NCBI GenBank assembly: GCA_026414975.1 | Contig: JAOAHZ010000009.1 | Location: 8,038-72,037, forward strand | DNA length: 64,000 nucleotides | Origin: Bacteroidia bacterium | GTDB taxonomy: Bacteria; Bacteroidota; Bacteroidia; SpSt-205 | Direction: 5' to 3' | Part shown: positions 18,195-27,000 of the stretch, piece after piece | Layout: each line of letters begins with the position of its first letter | How positions within the stretch are numbered: the stretch's first letter is position 1 | Position numbers and translations under genes: made by a program | The notes under the pieces: generated by a model | What the model was told of the DNA's origin: nothing | The model's database searches: none | Seen by the model: only the letters and a program-made list of their open reading frames with translations

Positions 18195-19468
18195 GGGTTC
18201 TAATGTTGGGTTGGGAATTCCCCCCTCGCATTGCAGGCGGCTTAGCGGTGGCTTGTTATGGACTGGTTCGAGGGCTATCTCATCACGGAGTCAGTGTAAC
18301 GTTCGTTATGCCTTTGCGAACGGGAGAAGAACCGCCAGATGGTTACCGCCTGCTTGGCGCAAATGAAATAGATATTCCCTACACCCAGAGCTTATCTCTT
18401 CCGCCTTTTTGGCACACCGTCCGCTTCTATGGCGTCCAAACTACCTTAGGACCCTACTTGGAGCAGTTTCTAACCCCTGAGCTGCGTTTTGAGACAGTAC
18501 CCGAACCCGTCGTCTCAACAACCGAGAGCGCCCTTCGCTTAGAGTTTTCAGGTAAATACGGGCCAGACCTGCTTGATGAAGTGTATAAGTATGCCTACGC
18601 CGTAAGCCACTTAGCCGAAAGAGAAGAGTTTGACATTATACACGCTCATGACTGGCTGACCTACTTGGGCGGAGCGTGGCTCAAGGAAAAATCAGGCAAG
18701 CCCTTAGTGGTTCATGTGCATGCGACCGAATACGACCGCTCTGGCGAAAGCCCTAACCCCGCCATACTTGCTATAGAACGGTTAGGCATGGAAACAGCCG
18801 ATTTAGTGATTGCAGTGAGCTTTTATACCCGTTCGCTTATCGTGGATAAATACGCCATCCCCCCAGAGAAGATTTGGGCCATTCATAATGCGGTTCTACC
18901 CAAGGATCGCCAACCTATCCAACGCCCTCCATCGGAGCGGAAGGTCGTTACTTTTCTCGGACGGGTGACCCATCAAAAGGGACCGGAATATTTTGTGGAA
19001 GCAGCGGCTCGGTTGGCTCCTTACATTCCGGAAGCCCACTTTGTCATGGCTGGCACAGGAGACCTGCTCCGGAGTGTGATTCGGCGAGTTGCCCAGCTTC
19101 GCCTCGGAGCTCGGTTTAGTTTTACCGGATTCCTACCCCCTGCTGAGGTGGAACGCTTATTTGACCTGAGTGATGTGTATGTCATGCCTTCTGTATCGGA
19201 GCCTTTCGGTATCTCAGCTTTAGAGGCCTTGCGAGCAGGGGTGCCTGTGATTATCTCCAAGCAATCCGGTGTAGCTGAGGTCCTTCCGCATGCCCTGAAA
19301 GTGGATTTCTGGGATGTGGACGGCTTAGCTAACCTAATCTACGGGATTCTTCGGTATAAGGCTATCCGTCCGTTTTTCATTCGGTACGCCCAGGCAGAGC
19401 TATCCCAGCTTCAGTGGGAACGCTCCAGTGCCCGCGTGATTGAAGCCTATCAATCCATACTCGGATGA
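18191..19468 (+). CDS. GT4-family glycosyltransferase (glycogen-synthase-like alpha-glucan transferase)
   Basis: Glyco_transf_4 N-terminus 'MRVLMLGWEFPPRIAGGLAV' and a C-terminal GT1-fold Rossmann domain with E..G motifs. It has 4-nt ATGA overlaps with both neighbours. Confidence 0.75.
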   Translation: MRVLMLGWEFPPRIAGGLAVACYGLVRGLSHHGVSVTFVMPLRTGEEPPDGYRLLGANEIDIPYTQSLSLPPFWHTVRFYGVQTTLGPYLEQFLTPELRFETVPEPVVSTTESALRLEFSGKYGPDLLDEVYKYAYAVSHLAEREEFDIIHAHDWLTYLGGAWLKEKSGKPLVVHVHATEYDRSGESPNPAILAIERLGMETADLVIAVSFYTRSLIVDKYAIPPEKIWAIHNAVLPKDRQPIQRPPSERKVVTFLGRVTHQKGPEYFVEAAARLAPYIPEAHFVMAGTGDLLRSVIRRVAQLRLGARFSFTGFLPPAEVERLFDLSDVYVMPSVSEPFGISALEALRAGVPVIISKQSGVAEVLPHALKVDFWDVDGLANLIYGILRYKAIRPFFIRYAQAELSQLQWERSSARVIEAYQSILG

Positions 19469-20685
19469 AGCATATCTGCCTATACTTCCAAGTCCATCAG
19501 CCTTTCCGACTCCGCCTCTACCGGTTTTTTGATATCGGCATTTCCCATGATTATTATCATGAGCTGAACAATCGTACGCTCCTTCAGCGCATCGCTCGTA
19601 AATGTTATCTCCCCATGAATGCTCTCCTCAAAAAGCTGATAGACCACTGGGGACCTGAGCGGTTTTCGGTGGCTTTTGCTATCAGCGGGACTGCTCTGGA
19701 GCAAATGCGTCTCTACGCGCCAGAAGTTTTAGAGAGCTTCCAAGCCCTTCATCGTACGAAAGGGGTGGAATGGATAGGAGAAACCTACGGTCATAGCTTG
19801 GCTTGTCTCAAATCCCAAGATGAATTCAAGCGACAAGTGCGTCAGCACCAAGAATATATAGAGAAGCTCTTCGGTGTGCGTCCAACCATTTTTCGAAATA
19901 CTGAGCTGATCTACTACGATGAGTTAGCCCGCTGGGTGGCTGAAATGGGCTTCAAAGCTATGTTAGCGGAGGGAGCCGACACCTTGCTGGGCTGGCGCAG
20001 CTCTAACTATCTCTACGAGAGCGCTGTAGCCCCCCTCAAACTGCTCTTACGCAACTATAAGCTCAGTGATGATGTAGCCTTTCGTTTCTCGGATAGAAGA
20101 TGGAGCGAATGGCCTTTGACAGCTGAGAAATATGCCCACTGGTTCTCTGACATTCCTGCAGACCAGCGGCTTATCAATTTATTCATGGATTACGAGACCT
20201 TTGGCGAACATCAGTGGGCTGAGACGGGCATATTTGAGTTCTTTGAACATTGGGTGAATCAAATGATCTCAGAAGAACGAGCCATCTTTCTTACCCCGTC
20301 TCGGGTTATAGAGATGCACCAGCCCGTGGCTAAACTATCGGTTCCCATGCCTCTCTCTTGGGCGGATTCAGAACGTGATTTGACGGCTTGGTTAGGCAAT
20401 GAGCTTCAAACAGATGCCTTTGAAACGCTCTATGAATTAGAGCCTCTGGTAAGAGAGGAAGAAGACCCCTCTATCCAGCGAGACTGGCTGCGCCTTCAGA
20501 CCAGCGATCATTTTTACTACATGTGCACTAAGTTTTTTTCAGACGGCGATGTGCATAAATACTTCAATCCCTACAACTCGCCTTATGAGGCTTATGTTAC
20601 CTATATGAATGTGCTGGCCGACTTTCGTACGCGTCTGCGAGAGAAATCAGCGGAAGCGCTGAAAGTAGCGACAAAATCCCTGTGA
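19465..20685 (+). CDS. Glycoside hydrolase family 57 protein (short, ~400-aa subgroup; specificity unknown)
   Basis: GH57 region I 'VHQP' at the N-terminus, a 'WVAEMG' region (putative nucleophile Glu), and 'DYETFGEH'. Confidence 0.7.
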   Translation: MKHICLYFQVHQPFRLRLYRFFDIGISHDYYHELNNRTLLQRIARKCYLPMNALLKKLIDHWGPERFSVAFAISGTALEQMRLYAPEVLESFQALHRTKGVEWIGETYGHSLACLKSQDEFKRQVRQHQEYIEKLFGVRPTIFRNTELIYYDELARWVAEMGFKAMLAEGADTLLGWRSSNYLYESAVAPLKLLLRNYKLSDDVAFRFSDRRWSEWPLTAEKYAHWFSDIPADQRLINLFMDYETFGEHQWAETGIFEFFEHWVNQMISEERAIFLTPSRVIEMHQPVAKLSVPMPLSWADSERDLTAWLGNELQTDAFETLYELEPLVREEEDPSIQRDWLRLQTSDHFYYMCTKFFSDGDVHKYFNPYNSPYEAYVTYMNVLADFRTRLREKSAEALKVATKSL

Positions 20686-20728
20686 GCGTCTTTCTTTTCT
20701 CTATCGCTTTACTGCGACTAAAGCTGTC

Positions 20729-21973
20729 ATGTTCCGCTGGAAAGGGCGACTTCTTTGGATGGGGTTTTGGGTAGGAGTGAGCGGCATAGGCAGAACCTTC
20801 CCCCAAGAAGTTAGGTACGAGGGCCCTCGTACCGAATCGTTTCCTGACTTCACCGATTCTCTGCGGACGCTGCAGCAGCTAAAAGCCAGAGCGGCTCGGT
20901 TGTCAGCTTTCAAGGGACGCGCGCATGGTACCCCCTACGCGGCGAAAGCCACCCGCTATCTTGCCCGAACATTTCAAAAAATGGGGTATGTAGTGCGAGT
21001 AGATACCTTCCCCCTTGTCGTTTATCGGATCATCTCAGCTCACCTCTCGGTAAGCTCGGATGGTCGACACTGGCGGGCGCTTCGGCTGGGACGCGATTTC
21101 GTACCCAGCGGGAGCTGCCCTCCTATCCGAGGCTCATGGCAAGTAGATACAGCTCGTCGCAAAGGCTATGCGTGGCGAACCCTTAACTTCTCCCCCGAAG
21201 TCTCGGTTAGAGCCCAGCGAGAAGGCATTCCCCTGATCCTCATACCCCGCCCCAAGCTCATTGCTACAGTCTCTACTAAGAGCGAACTGCAACCCATTTT
21301 GTATATCCGCGATACGCTTCCTTCCTTCAGCCATGTACGCTTAGAGGTAAAGGGCAGATTGGAGCAGACGATTGGATGGAATGTATCGGCCAGGCGAAAG
21401 GGAGATTCGTCAGACTCTGCTTGGGTCATAGGCGCCCATTATGATCATTTAGGGTATATAGGGAATGCGGTCTTCTGGGGAGGTAACGATAATAGCTCTG
21501 GCGTGGCTATGCTGCTTGTTTTGGCTGAGCGACTAAGTCGGAGCGCCCCTCCTCCCTATGATGTGTGGTTTGTAGCATTTGGGGCGGAGGAATTAGGGCT
21601 AATAGGATCGCAATGGTGGGTCAACCACCCCCCTTATCCCCTTCGTCGGCTCAGAGGCATGCTCAATTTGGATTTGATGGGATTTGGCGAAAAAGGTGTA
21701 GCGGTAGTGGGCGCGGCTGATCAGCCTGCATTCTGGCAGCGAGTAGATCATATACGGCGGGTTCAGGGATGGGATGTACCGCTTCACCTCCGCCCTATGG
21801 CACCGAATAGCGATCAGTATCCATTCTATCTGGCTGGGGTCCCTGCTCTTTTCTTCTACTTGGAAGGCGGACCGGGCTACTATCACGACGTATATGACCG
21901 TCCCGAGACCTTATCGTGGCACGCTGCCTATCCTTTCCTCCGCTGGATAGCATCGGTCCTAAGCCTTCCCTAG
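20729..21973 (+). CDS. M28-family zinc aminopeptidase, secreted
   Basis: 'AHYDHLGY...GGNDNSSGVAMLLVLAERL' and 'FVAFGAEELGLIGS' are the M28 metal-binding motifs. Signal-like N-terminus. Confidence 0.8.
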   Translation: MFRWKGRLLWMGFWVGVSGIGRTFPQEVRYEGPRTESFPDFTDSLRTLQQLKARAARLSAFKGRAHGTPYAAKATRYLARTFQKMGYVVRVDTFPLVVYRIISAHLSVSSDGRHWRALRLGRDFVPSGSCPPIRGSWQVDTARRKGYAWRTLNFSPEVSVRAQREGIPLILIPRPKLIATVSTKSELQPILYIRDTLPSFSHVRLEVKGRLEQTIGWNVSARRKGDSSDSAWVIGAHYDHLGYIGNAVFWGGNDNSSGVAMLLVLAERLSRSAPPPYDVWFVAFGAEELGLIGSQWWVNHPPYPLRRLRGMLNLDLMGFGEKGVAVVGAADQPAFWQRVDHIRRVQGWDVPLHLRPMAPNSDQYPFYLAGVPALFFYLEGGPGYYHDVYDRPETLSWHAAYPFLRWIASVLSLP

Positions 21974-21984
21974 CCAGAAAGGGT

Positions 21985-22275
21985 ATGATCTGGCGCTGGG
22001 TAGAAATGTTCATTCAGCCGGAGTGTTTCCAGACAGCTCGCCAGCTTCTCCTGAGACAAGCCGACCGCGTGCGATCGTTTTCTGGCTGCTTTTCCCTCTG
22101 GCTATATGAAGGCGATAGCTTCACTCTCTATTCCTTGAGCCTGTGGGAAAGCGTAGAAGCCTTAGAAGCCTATCGGAATAGCCGAGTCTTTCGGGACTTT
22201 TGGGCACAAATACGCCTCTGTTTCCGAAAGCGTGCCCGAGCGATAACGCTGACCCGATTTCCTATTGAGCGCTGA
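21985..22275 (+). CDS. Small ABM-domain (antibiotic-biosynthesis-monooxygenase-like) protein
   Basis: The 96-aa product matches the ABM pattern (…RVRSFSGCFSLWLYEGDSFTLYSLSLWESVEALEAYRNSRVFRDFW…). I used the internal ATG at 21985, since the track ORF start at 21916 overlaps the M28 gene. Confidence 0.45.
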   Translation: MIWRWVEMFIQPECFQTARQLLLRQADRVRSFSGCFSLWLYEGDSFTLYSLSLWESVEALEAYRNSRVFRDFWAQIRLCFRKRARAITLTRFPIER

Positions 22276-22385
22276 GGCGCATCCATAGCCGGATCAAGCG
22301 ACACCACGAAAGGAAGGCGCTATCCTCAAGCCGAAACGCAAGAAAATGCCCTTGAATCCGAGACAGTAAAGCCATCGGAGTACCT

Positions 22386-24146
22386 TTGCGCATGCCTTTC
22401 TGGCACGCTCTCCTAAAGCAGTGGGAACAGGCTTGGCGTAACGCTGATCTGCCGGTAATACCGCGCGTATCCCTTACTCCTCCCGACCAACAAGGTATCC
22501 TCACCCTTAACGTATTCCCCCTTCTAAAAGCTTATGGAGGCGATACGAAGAGAGTTATAGAATCGGTAGTTCATCCCTTGGGCAATGCCGTAAAACAAGC
22601 TGAGCTCATAAAAGGGTTTATCAACCTTAGCTTCACCCCTAGCTTCTGGAGAGAGTTCCTGATAAGTGCACTGCATGAGCCCCTGGGCTATACTCACTTA
22701 GATTTAGCTCAGGGACAGCGCCTGATGATAGAATACCCCTCACCCAACACCAATAAACCCTTGCATTTAGGACACTTGAGAAACTTATGCTTAGGGGAAT
22801 CGGTGGCCCGCCTTTGGGAGCGTTTAGGAGCCAGTGTCCTCCGAGTCAATCTCGTCAACGACCGCGGTATCCACATTAGCAAGTCTATGCTGGGATGGAA
22901 AAAGTTCTTTGCTCCCCAAACGCCCCGAGATGCTGGCCAAAAAGGTGATCATTTTGTCGGGGCCTGTTATGTAGCCTTTGAAAAGGCTTACAAAGCCGAA
23001 GTAGAGACTCTAATAGCAAGGGGCATGTCGGAGGCCGATGCACTCGTACAAGCGCCTCTTTTCCAAGAAGCCCAAAGTCTGCTTCAAGCCTGGGAAGCAG
23101 GCGACTCTGAGGTTCTCGCTTTGTGGAAAACGATGAACGACTGGGTATATGAAGGCTTTGAAGTTACATTCAAGCGGTTGGGGGTGAAGTTTGACCGAGT
23201 CTATTATGAGTCCGAAACTTACACCTTAGGTAAAGCGATAGTCCGAGAAGGACTCCAGCAAGGTATTTTTTATCAAGCTGAAGACGGCTCTATATGGGCA
23301 GACCTTACATCGGAGGGACTCGGACGAAAAGTCCTCCTAAGACGCGATGGGACCTCCGTTTATATCACCCAAGACCTCGGCACCGCCGATCTAAAGTTCA
23401 AAGAATATCCAGACCTCACCTATAGCGTGTATGTAATAGGAAACGAGCAAGATCACCACATGAAAGTGCTCATAGCTCTATTACGGCGCTTAGGGCGTCC
23501 TTGGGCGGACAGGATTTATCATTTATCCTACGGCATGGTAGAGCTTCCCACTGGGCGCATGAAGACGCGAGAAGGCTCAGTGGTAGATGCAGATGACCTT
23601 TTAGATGAAATGCACATGAGAGCTTATGAACTCACCGATGAAGGCGTATCGGATACCGAGCGGCATACCATCGCCGAAATGGTAGGACAAGGCGCCTTAC
23701 GATTTTATCTCCTACGAACAGACCCTAAAAAAACGATCGTTTTTGACCCAACCGAATCCATAGACCTCAAAGGCTTTACCGGACCTTTTTTGCAATATGG
23801 TTATGTTCGAGCTAAAAGGCTACAAGAAAAAGCAGGCGAAGACCCCTTAAGCCTCTCCAAAGCTCCAGCACCCGATACTCTATCACCTCCGGAAGAATCG
23901 CTCCTCCAACAGCTTTTTGCTTTGCCTTATTTTTTGGAGTCAGCCGCTCGCGGATTTGATCCGGCGATTTTAGCTCACTATGGTTATGAGTTGACTCGGC
24001 GCTTCAATGAGTTTTACCAAACTGTGCCTGTATTAGCCGCATCAGAGCCTGAACGAACTTTTAGGATAGCCTTGACTGCCGTTTACCGGCGAGCTATCCT
24101 TGCTGTGTTAGAAGGGTTGGCCATCCCACCACCTGAACGAATGTGA
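22386..24146 (+). CDS. argS: Arginine--tRNA ligase
   Basis: Class-I 'HLGHLRN' (HIGH) motif, the Arg_tRNA_synt_N region, and a C-terminal DALR-type anticodon-binding domain. Length 586 aa. Confidence 0.9.
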   Translation: MRMPFWHALLKQWEQAWRNADLPVIPRVSLTPPDQQGILTLNVFPLLKAYGGDTKRVIESVVHPLGNAVKQAELIKGFINLSFTPSFWREFLISALHEPLGYTHLDLAQGQRLMIEYPSPNTNKPLHLGHLRNLCLGESVARLWERLGASVLRVNLVNDRGIHISKSMLGWKKFFAPQTPRDAGQKGDHFVGACYVAFEKAYKAEVETLIARGMSEADALVQAPLFQEAQSLLQAWEAGDSEVLALWKTMNDWVYEGFEVTFKRLGVKFDRVYYESETYTLGKAIVREGLQQGIFYQAEDGSIWADLTSEGLGRKVLLRRDGTSVYITQDLGTADLKFKEYPDLTYSVYVIGNEQDHHMKVLIALLRRLGRPWADRIYHLSYGMVELPTGRMKTREGSVVDADDLLDEMHMRAYELTDEGVSDTERHTIAEMVGQGALRFYLLRTDPKKTIVFDPTESIDLKGFTGPFLQYGYVRAKRLQEKAGEDPLSLSKAPAPDTLSPPEESLLQQLFALPYFLESAARGFDPAILAHYGYELTRRFNEFYQTVPVLAASEPERTFRIALTAVYRRAILAVLEGLAIPPPERM

Positions 24147-24297
24147 AAGGTAGTCTCAAATAGCGCTCGGGGCTACTTGTACGGACAGTCGCCTGCTCAA
24201 AGGAACCGGTGAAGGTCATTTCGTTTCGGCATGAAGGGAAGGTAATCCTGCCTTTTGTACAGTTAGGTCTGGTAGGACGAAAAGGTGCCAAAATGAG

Positions 24298-24338
24298 CTG
24301 TGGGGCGGCAGCCTTCTACGAAGGCTGCCGCCCCACAG
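24298..24338. terminator. Perfect 16-bp inverted repeat (hairpin) between convergent argS and the T9SS cargo gene; likely a bidirectional terminator
   Basis: CTGTGGGGCGGCAGCC-ttctacgaa-GGCTGCCGCCCCACAG. On the minus strand the stem is followed by a T-rich tract (ctcattttggcacctttt). Confidence 0.6.
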
Positions 24339-24351
24339 CCCCGATTAACCG

Positions 24352-26943
24352 TCACTCCGTGATAAGCAGCTTGAAGCTGACAGGCTGCCGATCAGAAGAG
24401 CGAACCTGGAGGGTATACAGACCCGCAGGAAGGGAGAGAGGCAACCGAGCCGGTAAGCTCTCTATGGTATATTGAGCGGCGACCTGCCCCATCGGGTTGA
24501 TCACATATACCACCGCTTGACCTTGCATAGCTTGATCAGCGTAAAGGTAAACTTCACTGCGAGTTGGATTAGGGAAGAGATACCAACCTACTGTCCCTTC
24601 CCTATCCACCAAGGAGGTAGATATGTTTAGACTTTGCACCAAACTATCCTCACCACAGCTATTTTGGGCATAGACTTTCACGGTATAGTTTCCTGGCGCA
24701 GCGTAAGTATGCGTACCAGACGCACCCGTTGCGGTTTGTCCATCTCCGAAGTCCCATCGCACACTAGAAGTATGAGCGACACTCACACTGTAAGTCAGCG
24801 TCAACCCGCTAGCTTGGAGGGATAAGTTGCTTAGCTGCGGGAGTGGTCTTATGATTAGCGTATCTCGGAGTGTATCTCGGACCCCTCCGCACCCTTCAGC
24901 AATGGCTAATACAACAGTGGGCCCGTTGCCCTGAGGAACCCGAAAACTTCCATATGCGTAAAAACTCATAGGAGACGCCCAGCTTGTAAGCTGATAGGGA
25001 ACGCCTGATTCGTACACCAATGTATTCCCCACGAAAATCTTTACATTTTGAGCTTCCCTACCACTTAAGCCGATAGGAATGATGGAGCCCGCGCATACGT
25101 CTCGGAGCCCGATTTGGAAATAGTTTAGCTTCGGACTACCTTCTAAGGCGGGTACATTGAATACCTGGGTGTGCCGCACACACCCATAAGTCTTTTCTAC
25201 CAAGAAGTAGCTGAAATCACTCGCAGGATAAGTTAGGGTTACAGTGTCAGTAGGATCGTTAGGAGTCACGACACTTCCGTCAGGAAGGATATAACGGATC
25301 GTGTGGGGTGGTTCAGAAGAAAATGGAATACTCGTGACCTTTACAACCCCTGCGGACCCTCTACATGAAGCTCCAAGTACCTCCAGGCTCACGGAGCTAG
25401 TGTACCCCGGAACAGACAAGGGCCAGGAGTGGCTATATGCTTTTCCACATCCATTCAACAATAAAACATCAACAGAATACGAGCCGGGATTAGGTGGGGC
25501 AGGCAGAAGGGTGTCTAATTGACTCCAAAGACGGAAGGGTAATCCTCCATTGAGCCAGGAGGCCGTGATACGAATCTCCGAACCTGCCTGACTTAGGGAG
25601 AAGTTAGCTGAAGGAAGTATGGTTAGGTTTATATTCCCCCCTGGGCATATAGGCTGGGGAGTGATGATAAGGAAATAGTTAGGGAATGAGTCTAGGATAG
25701 GAGGCACCCAGTCAATCGTATCAATTCGGCTGAGGCAATCTAACTCTTGACGCACGCGAATGCGGTGGGGAAGATTACCCGAGAAAGTTACTCGAATCTG
25801 GTTGCCTGTGGTATCCCAGACTCCATCATAGTTTATATCCCAAGATATTTGTCCCACACCCACGGCATAAATCTCTACCGGCGTCCCTGAACATGAGCCT
25901 GCATTGTTGTTAGAGTTTAAGAAGATGGGGGGAAGGGTAGAAGAAGCATCATAAACTCGGACAAATATTGTATCCTCATCAGTTATCCAAGGTGAGCACG
26001 GATACTTGATCGCATATACCATCTTGTAAAGACCAGCTGCTGAGGGCCTCCAATAACGGGGCTCACCATTCAAGCGAACACCTCCGACGACCGTGCCATT
26101 ATGATTCAGAACGATCATACTATCAGAAAAGTAGCCTTGGTATGCATTGTAGTCGGATTGGATATAAAATGAGTCTCCTAAACAGAGCCCCATAGGCCAT
26201 ACATAGGGATTCAGGGGAAGAGGTGTATTGAGACTGAAGGGATCAGTAGTTATGCCGTAGAGACCATTCTGTGAAACACCGCAGACGTATGTCGTTATTT
26301 CAATATTCCATGGTTGCAAATTAGGGACAGTAAGGGTGAAGGTTCTCCGATTGCGGAGAGTATCGGTAGGATTAGGACCATACCTGACAATGAAGCTATC
26401 TACACCTAAAGGTACTTTTAGAACGAAACTTAGGCTGGAGCCAGGACAATACACTTCAAGTGAGGAGAGTTCAGGCGACTCAATCTGTACATAAGGCCTG
26501 TAGTTTCGGAGGCGTCTAACCGCCGTGGCCGAATCTCCATTCGCAAAACGCACGGTCAAGAGATAAGTTGGATCGTATACAGAAGGATTGACATCGATCC
26601 CTACTTTGCGTCGGTTAGGCAATCCTGAGAAAGGAAATGAAATCGGGTTGGACGGAGAAACAGTAGCATCCCGATCGTCATAGATAACCATACTAACAGG
26701 AAAAAAGCCCGTAGCCTCGTACAGCGTCCAGCCTGTGATTCCTCGAGCTTGCATGCCTACTGTATCCACGACTATCCAGAGTCGTTGATTGCAGACAAAT
26801 CGCCCTGAAATGGGGTTTTGTCCATTACCAAGGGAATCCAAGTACACATCCCAAGCTGTCCAAGGCTGACGATTCTGAGCCCATCCGAGGGCCGCAAGAT
26901 AAGCTACGAATCTGGCGAGTCGCATGGCTAGTTTTCTACACAA
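24352..26943 (-). CDS. Secreted PKD-domain protein with a T9SS type-A (Por_Secre_tail) C-terminal sorting domain
   Basis: The C-terminal ~80 aa 'WYLFPNPTRSEVYLY...GLYTLQV' is the type-A CTD. A PKD domain is present ('WDFGDGQTATG...HTYAAPGNYTVKV'), and there is a signal peptide. Confidence 0.8.
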   Translation of the reverse strand: MCRKLAMRLARFVAYLAALGWAQNRQPWTAWDVYLDSLGNGQNPISGRFVCNQRLWIVVDTVGMQARGITGWTLYEATGFFPVSMVIYDDRDATVSPSNPISFPFSGLPNRRKVGIDVNPSVYDPTYLLTVRFANGDSATAVRRLRNYRPYVQIESPELSSLEVYCPGSSLSFVLKVPLGVDSFIVRYGPNPTDTLRNRRTFTLTVPNLQPWNIEITTYVCGVSQNGLYGITTDPFSLNTPLPLNPYVWPMGLCLGDSFYIQSDYNAYQGYFSDSMIVLNHNGTVVGGVRLNGEPRYWRPSAAGLYKMVYAIKYPCSPWITDEDTIFVRVYDASSTLPPIFLNSNNNAGSCSGTPVEIYAVGVGQISWDINYDGVWDTTGNQIRVTFSGNLPHRIRVRQELDCLSRIDTIDWVPPILDSFPNYFLIITPQPICPGGNINLTILPSANFSLSQAGSEIRITASWLNGGLPFRLWSQLDTLLPAPPNPGSYSVDVLLLNGCGKAYSHSWPLSVPGYTSSVSLEVLGASCRGSAGVVKVTSIPFSSEPPHTIRYILPDGSVVTPNDPTDTVTLTYPASDFSYFLVEKTYGCVRHTQVFNVPALEGSPKLNYFQIGLRDVCAGSIIPIGLSGREAQNVKIFVGNTLVYESGVPYQLTSWASPMSFYAYGSFRVPQGNGPTVVLAIAEGCGGVRDTLRDTLIIRPLPQLSNLSLQASGLTLTYSVSVAHTSSVRWDFGDGQTATGASGTHTYAAPGNYTVKVYAQNSCGEDSLVQSLNISTSLVDREGTVGWYLFPNPTRSEVYLYADQAMQGQAVVYVINPMGQVAAQYTIESLPARLPLSLPAGLYTLQVRSSDRQPVSFKLLITE

Positions 26944-27000
26944 ATATCATGCCAGGAAGCCCGAGCCCAATACTTCAAGCATAGGGGCTACCTTTGGAGC

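Noticed and set aside
21916-21984. Longer start at 21916 for the ABM-domain ORF
   Set aside because: It would overlap the M28 peptidase C-terminus by 58 nt in another frame. The ABM fold aligns from the internal ATG at 21985.
24209-24475. 88-aa ORF spanning the argS/T9SS intergenic region
   Set aside because: It runs through the perfect 16-bp hairpin terminator and into the antisense of the T9SS gene's C-terminus, and it has no recognisable features.
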